This document shows, one piece after another, positions 1 to 8,076 of a stretch of 64,000 nucleotides of DNA. Below the pieces are notes generated by a model. The model saw only the letters and a list, made by a program, of their open reading frames with translations, was not told where the DNA came from and ran no database searches. Origin of the DNA: an uncultured Candidatus Poseidoniales archaeon (GTDB lineage Archaea; Thermoplasmatota; Poseidoniia; Poseidoniales; Poseidoniaceae); contig CAJJCP010000020.1 in the NCBI GenBank assembly GCA_905182715.1, positions 319-64,318 on the forward strand. The letters are read 5' to 3'. Each line of letters starts with the position of its first letter. Positions within the stretch are counted from its first letter, which is position 1. The translations under genes were made by a program, and so were the position numbers.

Positions 1-519
1 TCGAACTCTTTCTCTGACGAGCGTGAAACTGCGCCCAATCATTTCTTTTGCTATTGAATTTGATACATTCTCTTGATTGTTATCATGTAATACCATTTTT
101 GTTCCATCCCTTGGCAAAAGCCCTTCTCGATCAACAACTTGCATGATAGTTTCTCCCGGTTTAGGGATGAGTTTATGCAATTCTTGATCAAGAGTACGGA
201 CGGTGAGATGTGCAATCATAGGTATCTCATCAAGATCGATTCCTTCGTCCCAATCGTCATCAAATTCAATACCTGCTCCACCAGCTACTTTCGCAACCCC
301 GACGTAAATCGTTGAATCACGATGGCCGGCAGCGTTACTATCTGAGATCACTGAACCCGTCGCATCATAGATGTCGAACTGACCTTTCGGTGCGAGTTTT
401 AGATCTTGAACCGCTTGCTTCAGAATGGCATTTTGAGGTACTTCGACCCGTTGTTTCTGGGATTGATCGAGGGTATTGGCTACAGTCAGTGGTATCATTT
501 TGTTTTGCATATTTTTCAT
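1..519 (-). CDS. Ubiquitin-like (beta-grasp-like) candidate with internal Gly-Gly; 3' end leaves the window
   Basis: Minus-strand open frame absent from the ORF track because it runs off the left edge. ATG at 519 (in-frame ATG at 510) follows a GGAG. The first 81 aa (MKNMQNKMIPLTV..DSTIYVGVAKVAGG) have Ub/ThiS/SAMP-like length and end in GG (nt 277-282). An acidic linker (AGIEFDDDWDEGIDLDE) and a further domain follow. Confidence 0.4.
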   Translation of the reverse strand, partial: MKNMQNKMIPLTVANTLDQSQKQRVEVPQNAILKQAVQDLKLAPKGQFDIYDATGSVISDSNAAGHRDSTIYVGVAKVAGGAGIEFDDDWDEGIDLDEIPMIAHLTVRTLDQELHKLIPKPGETIMQVVDREGLLPRDGTKMVLHDNNQENVSNSIAKEMIGRSFTLVRERVR

Positions 520-596
520 CTCCGTTTTGTCTTCAAACTATACTTTTGTCAAGGTGTCTTATTTCTGTTAAATTTGGTAAGGGTTCAATATAATAC

Positions 597-728
597 TCAC
601 TCTTTCTTATCTTTCAAAGCGGTGTTCATGATCCCGAACCCAGGAATGATTTCCGTGGGTCCGTCTTTACTGTATGAGTTAGCAAATGCTTCTCTCATAC
701 TCTGTGCAAATGTTATTTCTTTACTCAT
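597..728 (-). CDS. 43-aa mini-protein, repeat copy 1
   Basis: ATG at 728 after the repeated GGAG leader. Sequence MSKEITFAQSMREAFANSYSKDGPTEIIPGFGIMNTALKDKKE, stop TGA at 597-599. Below the ORF-track size cutoff. Confidence 0.35.
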   Translation of the reverse strand: MSKEITFAQSMREAFANSYSKDGPTEIIPGFGIMNTALKDKKE

Positions 729-815
729 ATCTTTTCATCTCCGTTTTGTCTTCAAACTATACTTTTGTCAAGGTGTCTTATTTCTGTTAAATTTGGTAAG
801 GGTTCAATATAATAC

Positions 816-947
816 TCACTCTTTCTTATCTTTCAAAGCGGTGTTCATGATCCCGAACCCAGGAATGATTTCCGTGGGTCCGTCTTTACTGTATGAGTTA
901 GCAAATTGCGTTCTCATACTCTGTGCGAATGATTTATCTTTACTCAT
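816..947 (-). CDS. 43-aa mini-protein, repeat copy 2
   Basis: Paralog of 597-728: MSKDKSFAQSMRTQFANSYSKDGPTEIIPGFGIMNTALKDKKE. It has the same leader. All amino-acid differences lie in residues 4-14. Confidence 0.35.
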   Translation of the reverse strand: MSKDKSFAQSMRTQFANSYSKDGPTEIIPGFGIMNTALKDKKE

Positions 948-1022
948 ATCTTTTCATCTCCGTTTTGTCTTCAAACTATACTTTTGTCAAGGTGTCTTAT
1001 TTCTGTTAAATTTGGTAAGGGT

Positions 1023-1445
1023 TCAATATAATTCAGAGTCGATGCTTTCTCCTGTTTGTGAACAAAACAGTTTGTATGAATCTGATTGTCTATCACGGTG
1101 TGCAAAAATCAGCTTTCCATATTTTTGATGCTGATGAACGAGAATTCGAGTTCTCCAAGAAATGTATAATGCTTGTACTAAAATTGTCAATCCAGTAAGG
1201 TACACAATGCAATACGTAATTGGTTTCAGTGATTGAAACACTTTATCCGCCACAGAGATATGATTCTCGAGGTTCATCACCTCGTCGACGGTATGCGGAA
1301 AAATACTCTGTGAAACAACTTCTGAAGTAAATTCAGATTTAATTTCATGTCGATGTGCAGTTAAAGTAAATTCTATGATTTTTATTCCCTCTTTGCACTC
1401 AACTTGAATTGGGTTAGGGATTACTCGATTATCATAAATCATCAA
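1023..1445 (-). CDS. Hypothetical protein with one predicted TM helix
   Basis: 140-aa ORF co-oriented with the cassette. Hydrophobic stretch ITYCIVYLTGLTILVQALYISW. Its start overlaps the end of the 60-aa ORF. Confidence 0.35.
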   Translation of the reverse strand: MMIYDNRVIPNPIQVECKEGIKIIEFTLTAHRHEIKSEFTSEVVSQSIFPHTVDEVMNLENHISVADKVFQSLKPITYCIVYLTGLTILVQALYISWRTRILVHQHQKYGKLIFAHRDRQSDSYKLFCSQTGESIDSELY

Positions 1446-1614
1446 ACATGCACCTTTCCTGTATGTTTCGTAAGTCCCCTGGTCGTTTGAACATGATTTT
1501 CCTCTTCACAGAATGCTCTCCATGCGATTTTATTCTTTTTACGTTTATTTCTAAGAGTAGGATTGATCCATTGTTTCGTTCTAATTCTACGGGATGTGCG
1601 CGACATTGTATCAC
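1432..1614 (-). CDS. Hypothetical small basic protein
   Basis: 60-aa ORF preceded by an AT-rich intergenic region (1615-1720). A competing plus-strand ORF (1448-1675) exists. Confidence 0.2.
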   Translation of the reverse strand: MIQCRAHPVELERNNGSILLLEINVKRIKSHGEHSVKRKIMFKRPGDLRNIQERCMFDDL

Positions 1615-1720
1615 TCTCTATCTTTTATCCTTCCCAAGAGAATATAAATTTAACAAATTTAATAATATGTTATGAACAAGTAAGATTGTTATATTTCTTT
1701 ATCTACTTTCAATACTAAAT

Positions 1721-2473
1721 TTACTTCCAAAGTTGCTCAAGAACCTCAAACGGAACAAAAAACCAAAAAACCAAAATAACTCCTGCGGTGAAAAAGAGGT
1801 ATACGGATAGAAATTCTAGTAAAGTCGCGATCAATTTAAATAAAAGCGCCATTGCTAAAAATAGAATGCATATACCGATTATTGGAAAAACAGTAACATA
1901 AATTATCCAAACTACACCCTCAGTTATCGACGACGAATAATGCAGCTGCTCCAACAACCATCCGCAAAAAAAGATTAATCCGGTGAAGAGATAGGATGCA
2001 AGAACTAAGGGGCCGTCCGACCAGTCATACAACCAGTCCTCCAAAAAACAAACAACCAGATGAAAGACTATCAACGTACCACCATAGATCACTATATCCA
2101 TTGTAAGGGAAGGGCCAAGAATGTAGTTTACTCCCAAAAAGAGTAAATAGATTACTCCCAAAAAGAGTACAATGGACTTACATCGCCATAAAAAAGAAAT
2201 GATGCTTTTTCTTATTGTTATGGGCAATAGAATATCGTTTCTTGAAACTGATTGGCGGTTATAATCTCTCAAATGGATTTGAGCACGTTTATGGTGCTCA
2301 CAAGACCAATGATCATGGTTAGATGAAAAACAGATACTACATCTTTTCCTTTTTTCCACTTGAATGTGAGGTTTATCTTTCACTTGAATGTGAGGTTTGA
2401 CAGGAAAGGACTGAAGTGGTCCACTTCCTTGATAGTCATTAACAAGATCTAAAATATTTATTCCTTCGTCCAT
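1721..2473 (-). CDS. CCHC zinc-knuckle protein fused to a polytopic membrane domain
   Basis: CSICFSSNHDHWSC fits CX2CX4HX4C exactly (aa 45-58, nt 2300-2341). It is followed by about 5-6 hydrophobic helices. Two internal 24-bp tandem duplications are present (KPHIQVKD/KPHIQVEK and LLFLGVIY/LLFLGVNY). Confidence 0.6.
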   Translation of the reverse strand: MDEGINILDLVNDYQGSGPLQSFPVKPHIQVKDKPHIQVEKRKRCSICFSSNHDHWSCEHHKRAQIHLRDYNRQSVSRNDILLPITIRKSIISFLWRCKSIVLFLGVIYLLFLGVNYILGPSLTMDIVIYGGTLIVFHLVVCFLEDWLYDWSDGPLVLASYLFTGLIFFCGWLLEQLHYSSSITEGVVWIIYVTVFPIIGICILFLAMALLFKLIATLLEFLSVYLFFTAGVILVFWFFVPFEVLEQLWK

Positions 2474-2546
2474 AATTTCACTTCACAATGCTTCTGCAGT
2501 TCCTCAATCGATAAGAACGAAGAGAATTTGTTAAATTTAAGAAAAT

Positions 2547-2735
2547 CTAAGCAGGTGGATGGGAATATGAAAGAAGGTAATGTCCACATTCACACTGGGG
2601 CAAGGAAACTCCAGTGAACACAAAACGTGCACGATAAGCACTGACGTCCACGGGAACTTTCCGGCCGCATCTGCAAATTATTATGGAAATCCATTTTCCT
2701 TGAGATTCGACTTCATCATCAATCCAGAGCCTCAT
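2547..2735 (-). CDS. Small Zn-ribbon-like protein
   Basis: 62 aa with CRCG..(24 aa)..CECG. Its ATG overlaps the stop of the upstream E1-like gene in an ATGA (2732-2735), suggesting translational coupling. Confidence 0.5.
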   Translation of the reverse strand: MRLWIDDEVESQGKWISIIICRCGRKVPVDVSAYRARFVFTGVSLPQCECGHYLLSYSHPPA

Positions 2736-4288
2736 TCAATACCCTCCGATGTGGAATCAAGTTGAACGTCCGAATCGGTGGGTTTCGGCGACCAAAGAGC
2801 TTTTTCAAGTTGTTGAACTCCGCTTTTCCGATTCAACTCTCCGTCCGAAAGATTGCAGTATACTTCATTATAGCGTGCATTCCAATTCACTGAACCAATA
2901 CTGGAATACTTCTGACCAGTCAAGCGTTGAAGGGCTGAAATAGCTTGGAGTGAGCCAACAAATGCGTTGGTAATCGCAAGTGAGGAAAGGGGGACTTCTC
3001 CATCTTCTTGACATGAATATACGACCTGATCACGTGCGACTGAAGGGCCGTAGAATTCGACAAGGTTGGTCGTTGAAAACTCTGTATACTGCGCGAATAA
3101 CCCCGTGATTCCGCCATTGACATATGGCTGGTTTTTTCGTGCAGCAATTAAATCTGCAAGAACGCGAGGACGCATAGCATCAAGGCACCCAAGTATTGCA
3201 TCTGTTTGTTCGAGTTGAGTGCGGATTTCATCATCCTTCAACACTTTATACTGTCGAAGGATGATATCTTCAGAGTCTGAAAGTAAATCGTCAAGAGTGA
3301 ATCCTTCGCTACTACTGGTTTCGAGCGAGGGCTGCGGAGGTTGGAGAAGGCCGTCATGAAGTTCATAAGCGATAGAAATTTTGGCATCTGGAAGGTTTCG
3401 ATTCAACCAGTCTTTAGCGGCTTCAATTTTCGGCCTTCCAATATCTGATTCAGAAAAAATAACTTGTCGATTGAGATTATGACGTTCAACTTCCATGTCT
3501 TTATCAAAAACAAGAAGTTGTATGTCGTTAAAATCCGAATTTTTTAATCCATTGACAATGGAATGAAGTGCCCACGTACCGAGACCTCCCGCACCAACGA
3601 CGGTTAGATGGCCTGAGGGGGGGGTTTTTGGTTCTGGGAGCGTAAATCGCATGATTGGAAATTTGGGATGTATATTTTCATCTCCCCCAGATACCTGAAG
3701 TTTCTTGAGAAGTTCTTGCACCAAAGGAGTTTCATCATCCAAACGCATCAATACTCGCTTATGCCCGGTTCCATCGTTTACTGGACGGATGTTAATGTGA
3801 GAATCGATTCCTTCAAGTTGAAAGTCAAGATGATTGATACTACCTTTCATCGAAGGTTCGTTCACACGAACATTCACTGAAACCGATACCTTTGGTACAT
3901 CTACTGGAGTGTAACAATTTGCTCGACGGAAAATTTCGCTCCATATCAAGCACGCAGAAATAGTTGCCAGCGAAGGTTCAAACATCGGATGTGCAGATTT
4001 CTGACAAGGTGTTCCATCGAGAAATACGCCTTCTTGGCCATAGGATACAAAAAGCTTGGAAGCATCATTTTTAAATCCACCAGCAAGTGGTTTCTTGACC
4101 CAGGCAATTGTAAAATCAGGATCTGCAGAGGAGTATGGGAACGATTGAATTCCGAGTTGTTGAGCAATTTGTATCATTGCATCCTTAAACAGTGAAGGAC
4201 TTGAATCGGCATCCTCGAACGTTACTTTAAGAGATTCTAAAATATCCTGATGAACAAGACCTCGTTGACGGCTAAATATATCGCTCAT
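2732..4288 (-). CDS. E1-like (ThiF/MoeB/Uba-type) adenylating enzyme, paralog 2; degenerate N-terminal ThiF-like half plus active C-terminal half
   Basis: C-terminal half has VVGAGGLGTW (nucleotide loop), FDKDMEVERHNLNRQ, GRPKIEAA, CLDAMRPRV and a candidate Cys in YSCQEDG. The N-terminus starts with the ThiF-like FSRQRGLV but has no G-loop. The ATG at 4288 forms an ATGA overlap with the upstream AAA gene stop. Confidence 0.8.
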   Translation of the reverse strand: MSDIFSRQRGLVHQDILESLKVTFEDADSSPSLFKDAMIQIAQQLGIQSFPYSSADPDFTIAWVKKPLAGGFKNDASKLFVSYGQEGVFLDGTPCQKSAHPMFEPSLATISACLIWSEIFRRANCYTPVDVPKVSVSVNVRVNEPSMKGSINHLDFQLEGIDSHINIRPVNDGTGHKRVLMRLDDETPLVQELLKKLQVSGGDENIHPKFPIMRFTLPEPKTPPSGHLTVVGAGGLGTWALHSIVNGLKNSDFNDIQLLVFDKDMEVERHNLNRQVIFSESDIGRPKIEAAKDWLNRNLPDAKISIAYELHDGLLQPPQPSLETSSSEGFTLDDLLSDSEDIILRQYKVLKDDEIRTQLEQTDAILGCLDAMRPRVLADLIAARKNQPYVNGGITGLFAQYTEFSTTNLVEFYGPSVARDQVVYSCQEDGEVPLSSLAITNAFVGSLQAISALQRLTGQKYSSIGSVNWNARYNEVYCNLSDGELNRKSGVQQLEKALWSPKPTDSDVQLDSTSEGIE

Positions 4289-5412
4289 AGTATCACCCAA
4301 TCGTCTTCATCATCCTGTTCTTCGGACCATTCTTCGAGTTTTTCTTCATTTACATGAACGGGTGCAACGGTCCGAAAAAGATGCCTTGACGCTTGGAGGC
4401 CGTGTTCCAAGTCTTCAGTTTTCAAACACACTTCTGTTTTTTCTTCAATGCATCGTCGAGCTGAACAGTGTTTGATTTGGTCAACGAACCCTTTCAATTC
4501 GGCTCCAGTGACCTTATCCCTAAGTCGGTTTGAAGCAGCAATCCATTCTTGATTGGATATCGTCGATGGAATAGTACCGATTTGCATCTGAAAAAATTCA
4601 TAGAAGAGATCATTTGTAAGGGCACCAACCTCAATGCTCTGATTAAAACGCCCTGGACGAAGAAAAGCATCGTCAATTAATTCGGCTTTATTGGTTGAGG
4701 CCATGAGGTAGATGCCATCGGAAGGCTTCAATCCATCCATCATTGTCAAGAGTTGGGCAACGACAGAACTTGAGTGTTGACTTCCCTCTGAACTATCGCG
4801 GTTTCGCCCTATTGCATCGAATTCGTCAAAAAAGAGAACGACTGGTGCAAGTTCTTCCGCCCGCTGAAACATTTCACGAACAGCGCGTTCACTTTCTCCG
4901 ACCCACTTTGACAAGAAATCTGGGCCCGATACTGCCATAAATTGTACATTGGCTAAACTTGCAGCAGCCCTTCCCAACATGGTTTTCCCTGTCCCAGGTG
5001 GGCCGTGAAGTAGAACTCCACCTGAACAAGAAAGGCCCAATGAATCATAGATTTCGGGATTGTTAATTGGATGTACAAGATGATCGATTAACTCCTTTTT
5101 GGCATCTTGGTGGCCAATAACAGAATCCATTTCGATTCGCCCCATTGTTGCAGGACGTCGTGCTTGTGACGCCCATGGAGTAAATTTGAGAAATGCTTCT
5201 TCAAAATCTTCGGTACAAATACGCAAATCTTCAAGTTCATCTTCAGTGTCCTTACCGGGCTCTTTGGCTTGGCCGCCAAGATCGGCGAAGTCCTTCGCCA
5301 CTCGCATGTCGGCACAAATTCGCAATATCTGCTCCCGTGCATCCAACGGTTTTCTTCGACCAATCAGAAAGAGAAACTTCTTCCAATGGCATGTTTTTTG
5401 AATGGATTTCAA
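4285..5412 (-). CDS. Cdc48/VCP-like AAA+ ATPase, D1 lid/linker plus D2 fragment
   Basis: D2 Walker A LLHGPPGTGKTML and Walker B VLFFDEFDAIG. From residue 36 (MRVAKDF..DLRICTEDFEEAF..) it reads as the D1-D2 linker that continues ORF 5252-6481 in another frame. Confidence 0.75.
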   Translation of the reverse strand: MKSIQKTCHWKKFLFLIGRRKPLDAREQILRICADMRVAKDFADLGGQAKEPGKDTEDELEDLRICTEDFEEAFLKFTPWASQARRPATMGRIEMDSVIGHQDAKKELIDHLVHPINNPEIYDSLGLSCSGGVLLHGPPGTGKTMLGRAAASLANVQFMAVSGPDFLSKWVGESERAVREMFQRAEELAPVVLFFDEFDAIGRNRDSSEGSQHSSSVVAQLLTMMDGLKPSDGIYLMASTNKAELIDDAFLRPGRFNQSIEVGALTNDLFYEFFQMQIGTIPSTISNQEWIAASNRLRDKVTGAELKGFVDQIKHCSARRCIEEKTEVCLKTEDLEHGLQASRHLFRTVAPVHVNEEKLEEWSEEQDDEDDWVIL

Positions 5413-6481
5413 GAATACGCTCTCGGCCTTTTACATCTGGATACGGTACGTGAATGCGCCGGTCAAAACGTCCGGCACGAAGCAGTGCAGGATCAATTGT
5501 TTCGAGTAAATTTGTTGAACCAACAACGAGAACTTGGCCTCGATCTTCAAATCCATCCATTTGAATGAGGAGTTCCGTGAGTATTCGCTTTTCCAACTCC
5601 CCACTGCTGTTTTTCCGATCACCCGCAATGGCATCGATTTCGTCGATATAGATGACCGATGGGGCTTGTCGCTTTGCCTCCGCAAATTTTTCACGGAGTG
5701 CTGATTCGGAAGCGCCGTAATGAGCGCTTACAATTTCTGGTCCGCTGATACAAATGAAATTGCATTGTGCCTCACGTGCAAGAGCGCGTGCAAGGAGAGT
5801 TTTTCCAACTCCTGGAGGCCCATAAAGGAGAATTCCTCGCGGTGGTTCTTGACCTGATTTGACATAAATTTCAGGATGGATCAGAGGTACAACTGCAATT
5901 TCCTTAATCGCTTCAATCGTCTCATCAAGACCACCAATATCGTCAAAAGATACGGCGGGAACCTCAATAATTGAACGACGTGACTTTTTCCCAAGGATTT
6001 CAATTTCCGTGTTTGGAGTGAGCCAGCCGTGTTGAGGGCGGCATCGAGTTACTTGAAGTTCGAGTGGTTCTCCGAGTACAGAGACGGTGAAATGGTCATC
6101 TTTTGAAAGATAGATGTCGCGGATGGCTGCTTGAACATGTGGGATCTCCTCTGGCTGAAGTGGACGAGCAGTTGGTTGGAGCCGTACTTTGACAAAGGCT
6201 TGGGCATCAATTTGAGCAAGTTCTACCTTTTCTCCTAGTTGAATTTGAACATTGATTCGGGTAGTGGAACCGATACCGATAGAATCGTATGGGATATTGG
6301 GATCGAGTCTTAGGAATGCCACTGTCGAATTCTTCTCGCCAATAATTCGAAGAGGGGAGCGGCTTTGGAAACCGTTCTCATCAGCTGCTTGTGTATTCAT
6401 ATACACGTCATTTCCAACGCCACCTCGGTGGGTCTCATGGTCAAGTGGGGCAATACAGGTAAATTCAGTCATCGTAATCAT
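5252..6481 (-). CDS. Cdc48/VCP-like AAA+ ATPase, N-domain plus D1 fragment
   Basis: N-terminal Cdc48-N-like region (STTRINVQIQLGEKVEL..VSFDDIGGLDE). D1 Walker A LLYGPPGVGKTLLA and Walker B VIYIDEIDAI. The frame ends just after GADIANLCRHA, where D1 should continue. Confidence 0.8.
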   Translation of the reverse strand: MITMTEFTCIAPLDHETHRGGVGNDVYMNTQAADENGFQSRSPLRIIGEKNSTVAFLRLDPNIPYDSIGIGSTTRINVQIQLGEKVELAQIDAQAFVKVRLQPTARPLQPEEIPHVQAAIRDIYLSKDDHFTVSVLGEPLELQVTRCRPQHGWLTPNTEIEILGKKSRRSIIEVPAVSFDDIGGLDETIEAIKEIAVVPLIHPEIYVKSGQEPPRGILLYGPPGVGKTLLARALAREAQCNFICISGPEIVSAHYGASESALREKFAEAKRQAPSVIYIDEIDAIAGDRKNSSGELEKRILTELLIQMDGFEDRGQVLVVGSTNLLETIDPALLRAGRFDRRIHVPYPDVKGRERILEIHSKNMPLEEVSLSDWSKKTVGCTGADIANLCRHASGEGLRRSWRPSQRAR

Positions 6482-6517
6482 TCCATCTAATAATTTAGTC
6501 GAGTAAGTGTTTTTTTG

Positions 6518-8065
6518 TTAAATATGATATTTACAAGGTTCATCAAACCATGGGGGCTGAGTCGGTGAAGACTTCTCCAGTTCTCCTTCATACCATGTGG
6601 CTCGGAAATTTGGAAGATTCGTATCTGGGTGGAGGTTGATAATCGCCATGAGAGCCATCATCGCTCCAACCCAAGCTGTTGAAGTGACGATTGAAGCGAT
6701 GGGGCGAATTCCTTCTTCGGTACAAGAAATCACTTCGGTAGAACGTGCGCTTTCCCTCCCATAACGACAAACCATGCAACCGTTTTGATCGAAAGTTTCA
6801 ACCACGCCATGATACGCTTCAGTGGCTCCATTAATCATGAGACTACCGTTGTTAATCGCCGCTTCATTCAATATTGTTCGAGCGATCATATTGTCAAGGC
6901 ATGCAAGATAGACTCGACTGCTTTTCAATGCATCACCTAACGGTGAAGGCTCAAGGCCTAAGTCGTCAAAATCATCATTTTCATCTGTAAGACTTTCCGA
7001 AATTAAATGGTGCGGGTTCAGATATTCAAAATAAGACTTTACTTGATTCAGCGGGTTCAATTCTCGGAGTCGTTCGGAGGCTGTTGAAGCTTTTACACAA
7101 CCGAGGTGTTGTTCATTGTAGAGCACTTGCCGGTTCAGATTGTGAAGTTCAATTTCGGGGTCCCCGTCTACAATATGGAACGTTCCTTCCTTCATCTGTT
7201 CGAAAAGAAGCGGTGCACTCCAACTACCGAGCCCACCTGCGCCTAAAATCACAAGTTCATGCCCGACAAGTTCCCACGAGGAATCGAGGGGATGGTTTGG
7301 TTCATGCCATGCAATAAGTCCGATGTCTTCTGAAACTGAGAGGCCTGTTTGAGAAGGTTGCATGGTTCGTGAAAGAAAGTCAAAAACATTCTGATCCGGC
7401 TGTTGGGATGGGCGGTATCGAGCAAGGGTCGCATTTCCGTCACTGGTTAATTGTACGTCAACAAGTGTCCCATCGATGCCAAAGATGTGGCTCCGAACCT
7501 CTTCCAAATCCGTTGATTCCACTCGGCAGGTGACTGTAAACCAGGCATCGCTGATTTTCATTTGAGCCATACAATCTACATCGCGAAGCAGTTGTTGCAG
7601 CATTGTAGCAGCAACAGTAACCCGCATTGAAGGGGTGAGAATGTGCCCTGATGATACCGTTTTTTGAACAAGGAATTCTCGAGAAATCATTGCCCGGGGA
7701 CCATGAGCGAAACCATAGAGGTTTACTTTTTCAGTTTGTTCTGATGGATTTAAGCAGAGGTGATAATCATAATTGTCCCCTTCTACTTCAGTTGTTGATG
7801 AAAACACCTTCCGATGTATTGGACTCAATCGCTCCCAATCACTCCACAACTTTGCATCTGGATAAGCAAGTTTCCAAAACACAGAGTTCGGTGGATGCTG
7901 CGGCTTTACGATTCCAATACATCCGGATTGTTGGCCAATGCCCAATTGAGAAAGGAGAACAACAAGGTCGCTGACACCTCCGGAGCTCCCTGAAACAAGA
8001 ATTTTCAGTTCGGAGAGCCGGTTCTGATTGACGAGGCCTCGTTGTCGAAGAAATATATCATTCAT
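6518..8065 (-). CDS. E1-like (ThiF/MoeB/Uba-type) adenylating enzyme, paralog 1; degenerate N-terminal ThiF-like half plus active C-terminal half
   Basis: ILGAGGLGSW, VDGDPEIELHNLNRQ, GCVKASTA, CLDNMIART, CMVCRYG and SCTEEG. N-terminal half: FLRQRGLVNQ..ILVSGSSGGV (degenerate G-loop). Likely ATG at 8065 (MNDIF); the ORF track starts at a GTG at 8074. Confidence 0.8.
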   Translation of the reverse strand: MNDIFLRQRGLVNQNRLSELKILVSGSSGGVSDLVVLLSQLGIGQQSGCIGIVKPQHPPNSVFWKLAYPDAKLWSDWERLSPIHRKVFSSTTEVEGDNYDYHLCLNPSEQTEKVNLYGFAHGPRAMISREFLVQKTVSSGHILTPSMRVTVAATMLQQLLRDVDCMAQMKISDAWFTVTCRVESTDLEEVRSHIFGIDGTLVDVQLTSDGNATLARYRPSQQPDQNVFDFLSRTMQPSQTGLSVSEDIGLIAWHEPNHPLDSSWELVGHELVILGAGGLGSWSAPLLFEQMKEGTFHIVDGDPEIELHNLNRQVLYNEQHLGCVKASTASERLRELNPLNQVKSYFEYLNPHHLISESLTDENDDFDDLGLEPSPLGDALKSSRVYLACLDNMIARTILNEAAINNGSLMINGATEAYHGVVETFDQNGCMVCRYGRESARSTEVISCTEEGIRPIASIVTSTAWVGAMMALMAIINLHPDTNLPNFRATWYEGELEKSSPTQPPWFDEPCKYHI

Positions 8066-8076
8066 CACAATCACCG

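Larger units (their letters stand above)
508..1032. repeat. 219-bp direct tandem repeat, about 2.4 copies
   Basis: catctccgttttgtcttcaaac recurs at 517, 736 and 955 (period 219). Each unit is an ~87-bp leader (minus strand: tattatatt TATA-like, ttgacaaaagtatag, GGAG, ATG) plus a 132-bp mini-ORF. The same leader also precedes the Ubl-like gene. Confidence 0.9.

Noticed and set aside
508-1032. Possible CRISPR array
   Set aside because: The unit is 219 bp with no short repeat/unique spacer alternation, and no cas-like genes were seen. It is a plain tandem duplication.
406-1128. 240-aa plus-strand ORF with repeated hydrophobic sequence
   Set aside because: It is the 219-bp tandem repeat read through on the plus strand. 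The minus strand carries GGAG plus ATG signals and coherent mini-ORFs, and the surrounding operon is on the minus strand.
1023-1445. JAMM/JAB protease motif in the 140-aa ORF (HRHEIKSEFTSEVV)
   Set aside because: H-x-H-x7-S is present, but the required Asp after S-x-x is missing and no upstream Glu motif was found. This is most likely a chance match.
2920-4195. Short ORFs inside or antisense to the E1-like gene (2920-3147, 3668-3880, 3946-4167, 3989-4195)
   Set aside because: These are shadow ORFs within a gene that has clear ThiF motifs.
4285-4330. HbYX proteasome-docking motif at the Cdc48-like C-terminus
   Set aside because: The C-terminus is ..DDWVIL with no penultimate Tyr, so no docking claim is made.
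5295-5320. Programmed ribosomal frameshift in the Cdc48-like gene
   Set aside because: No slippery heptamer or obvious downstream structure at the junction (..ttgtgccgacatgcgagtggcg..). A simple indel, real or artefactual, is more likely.
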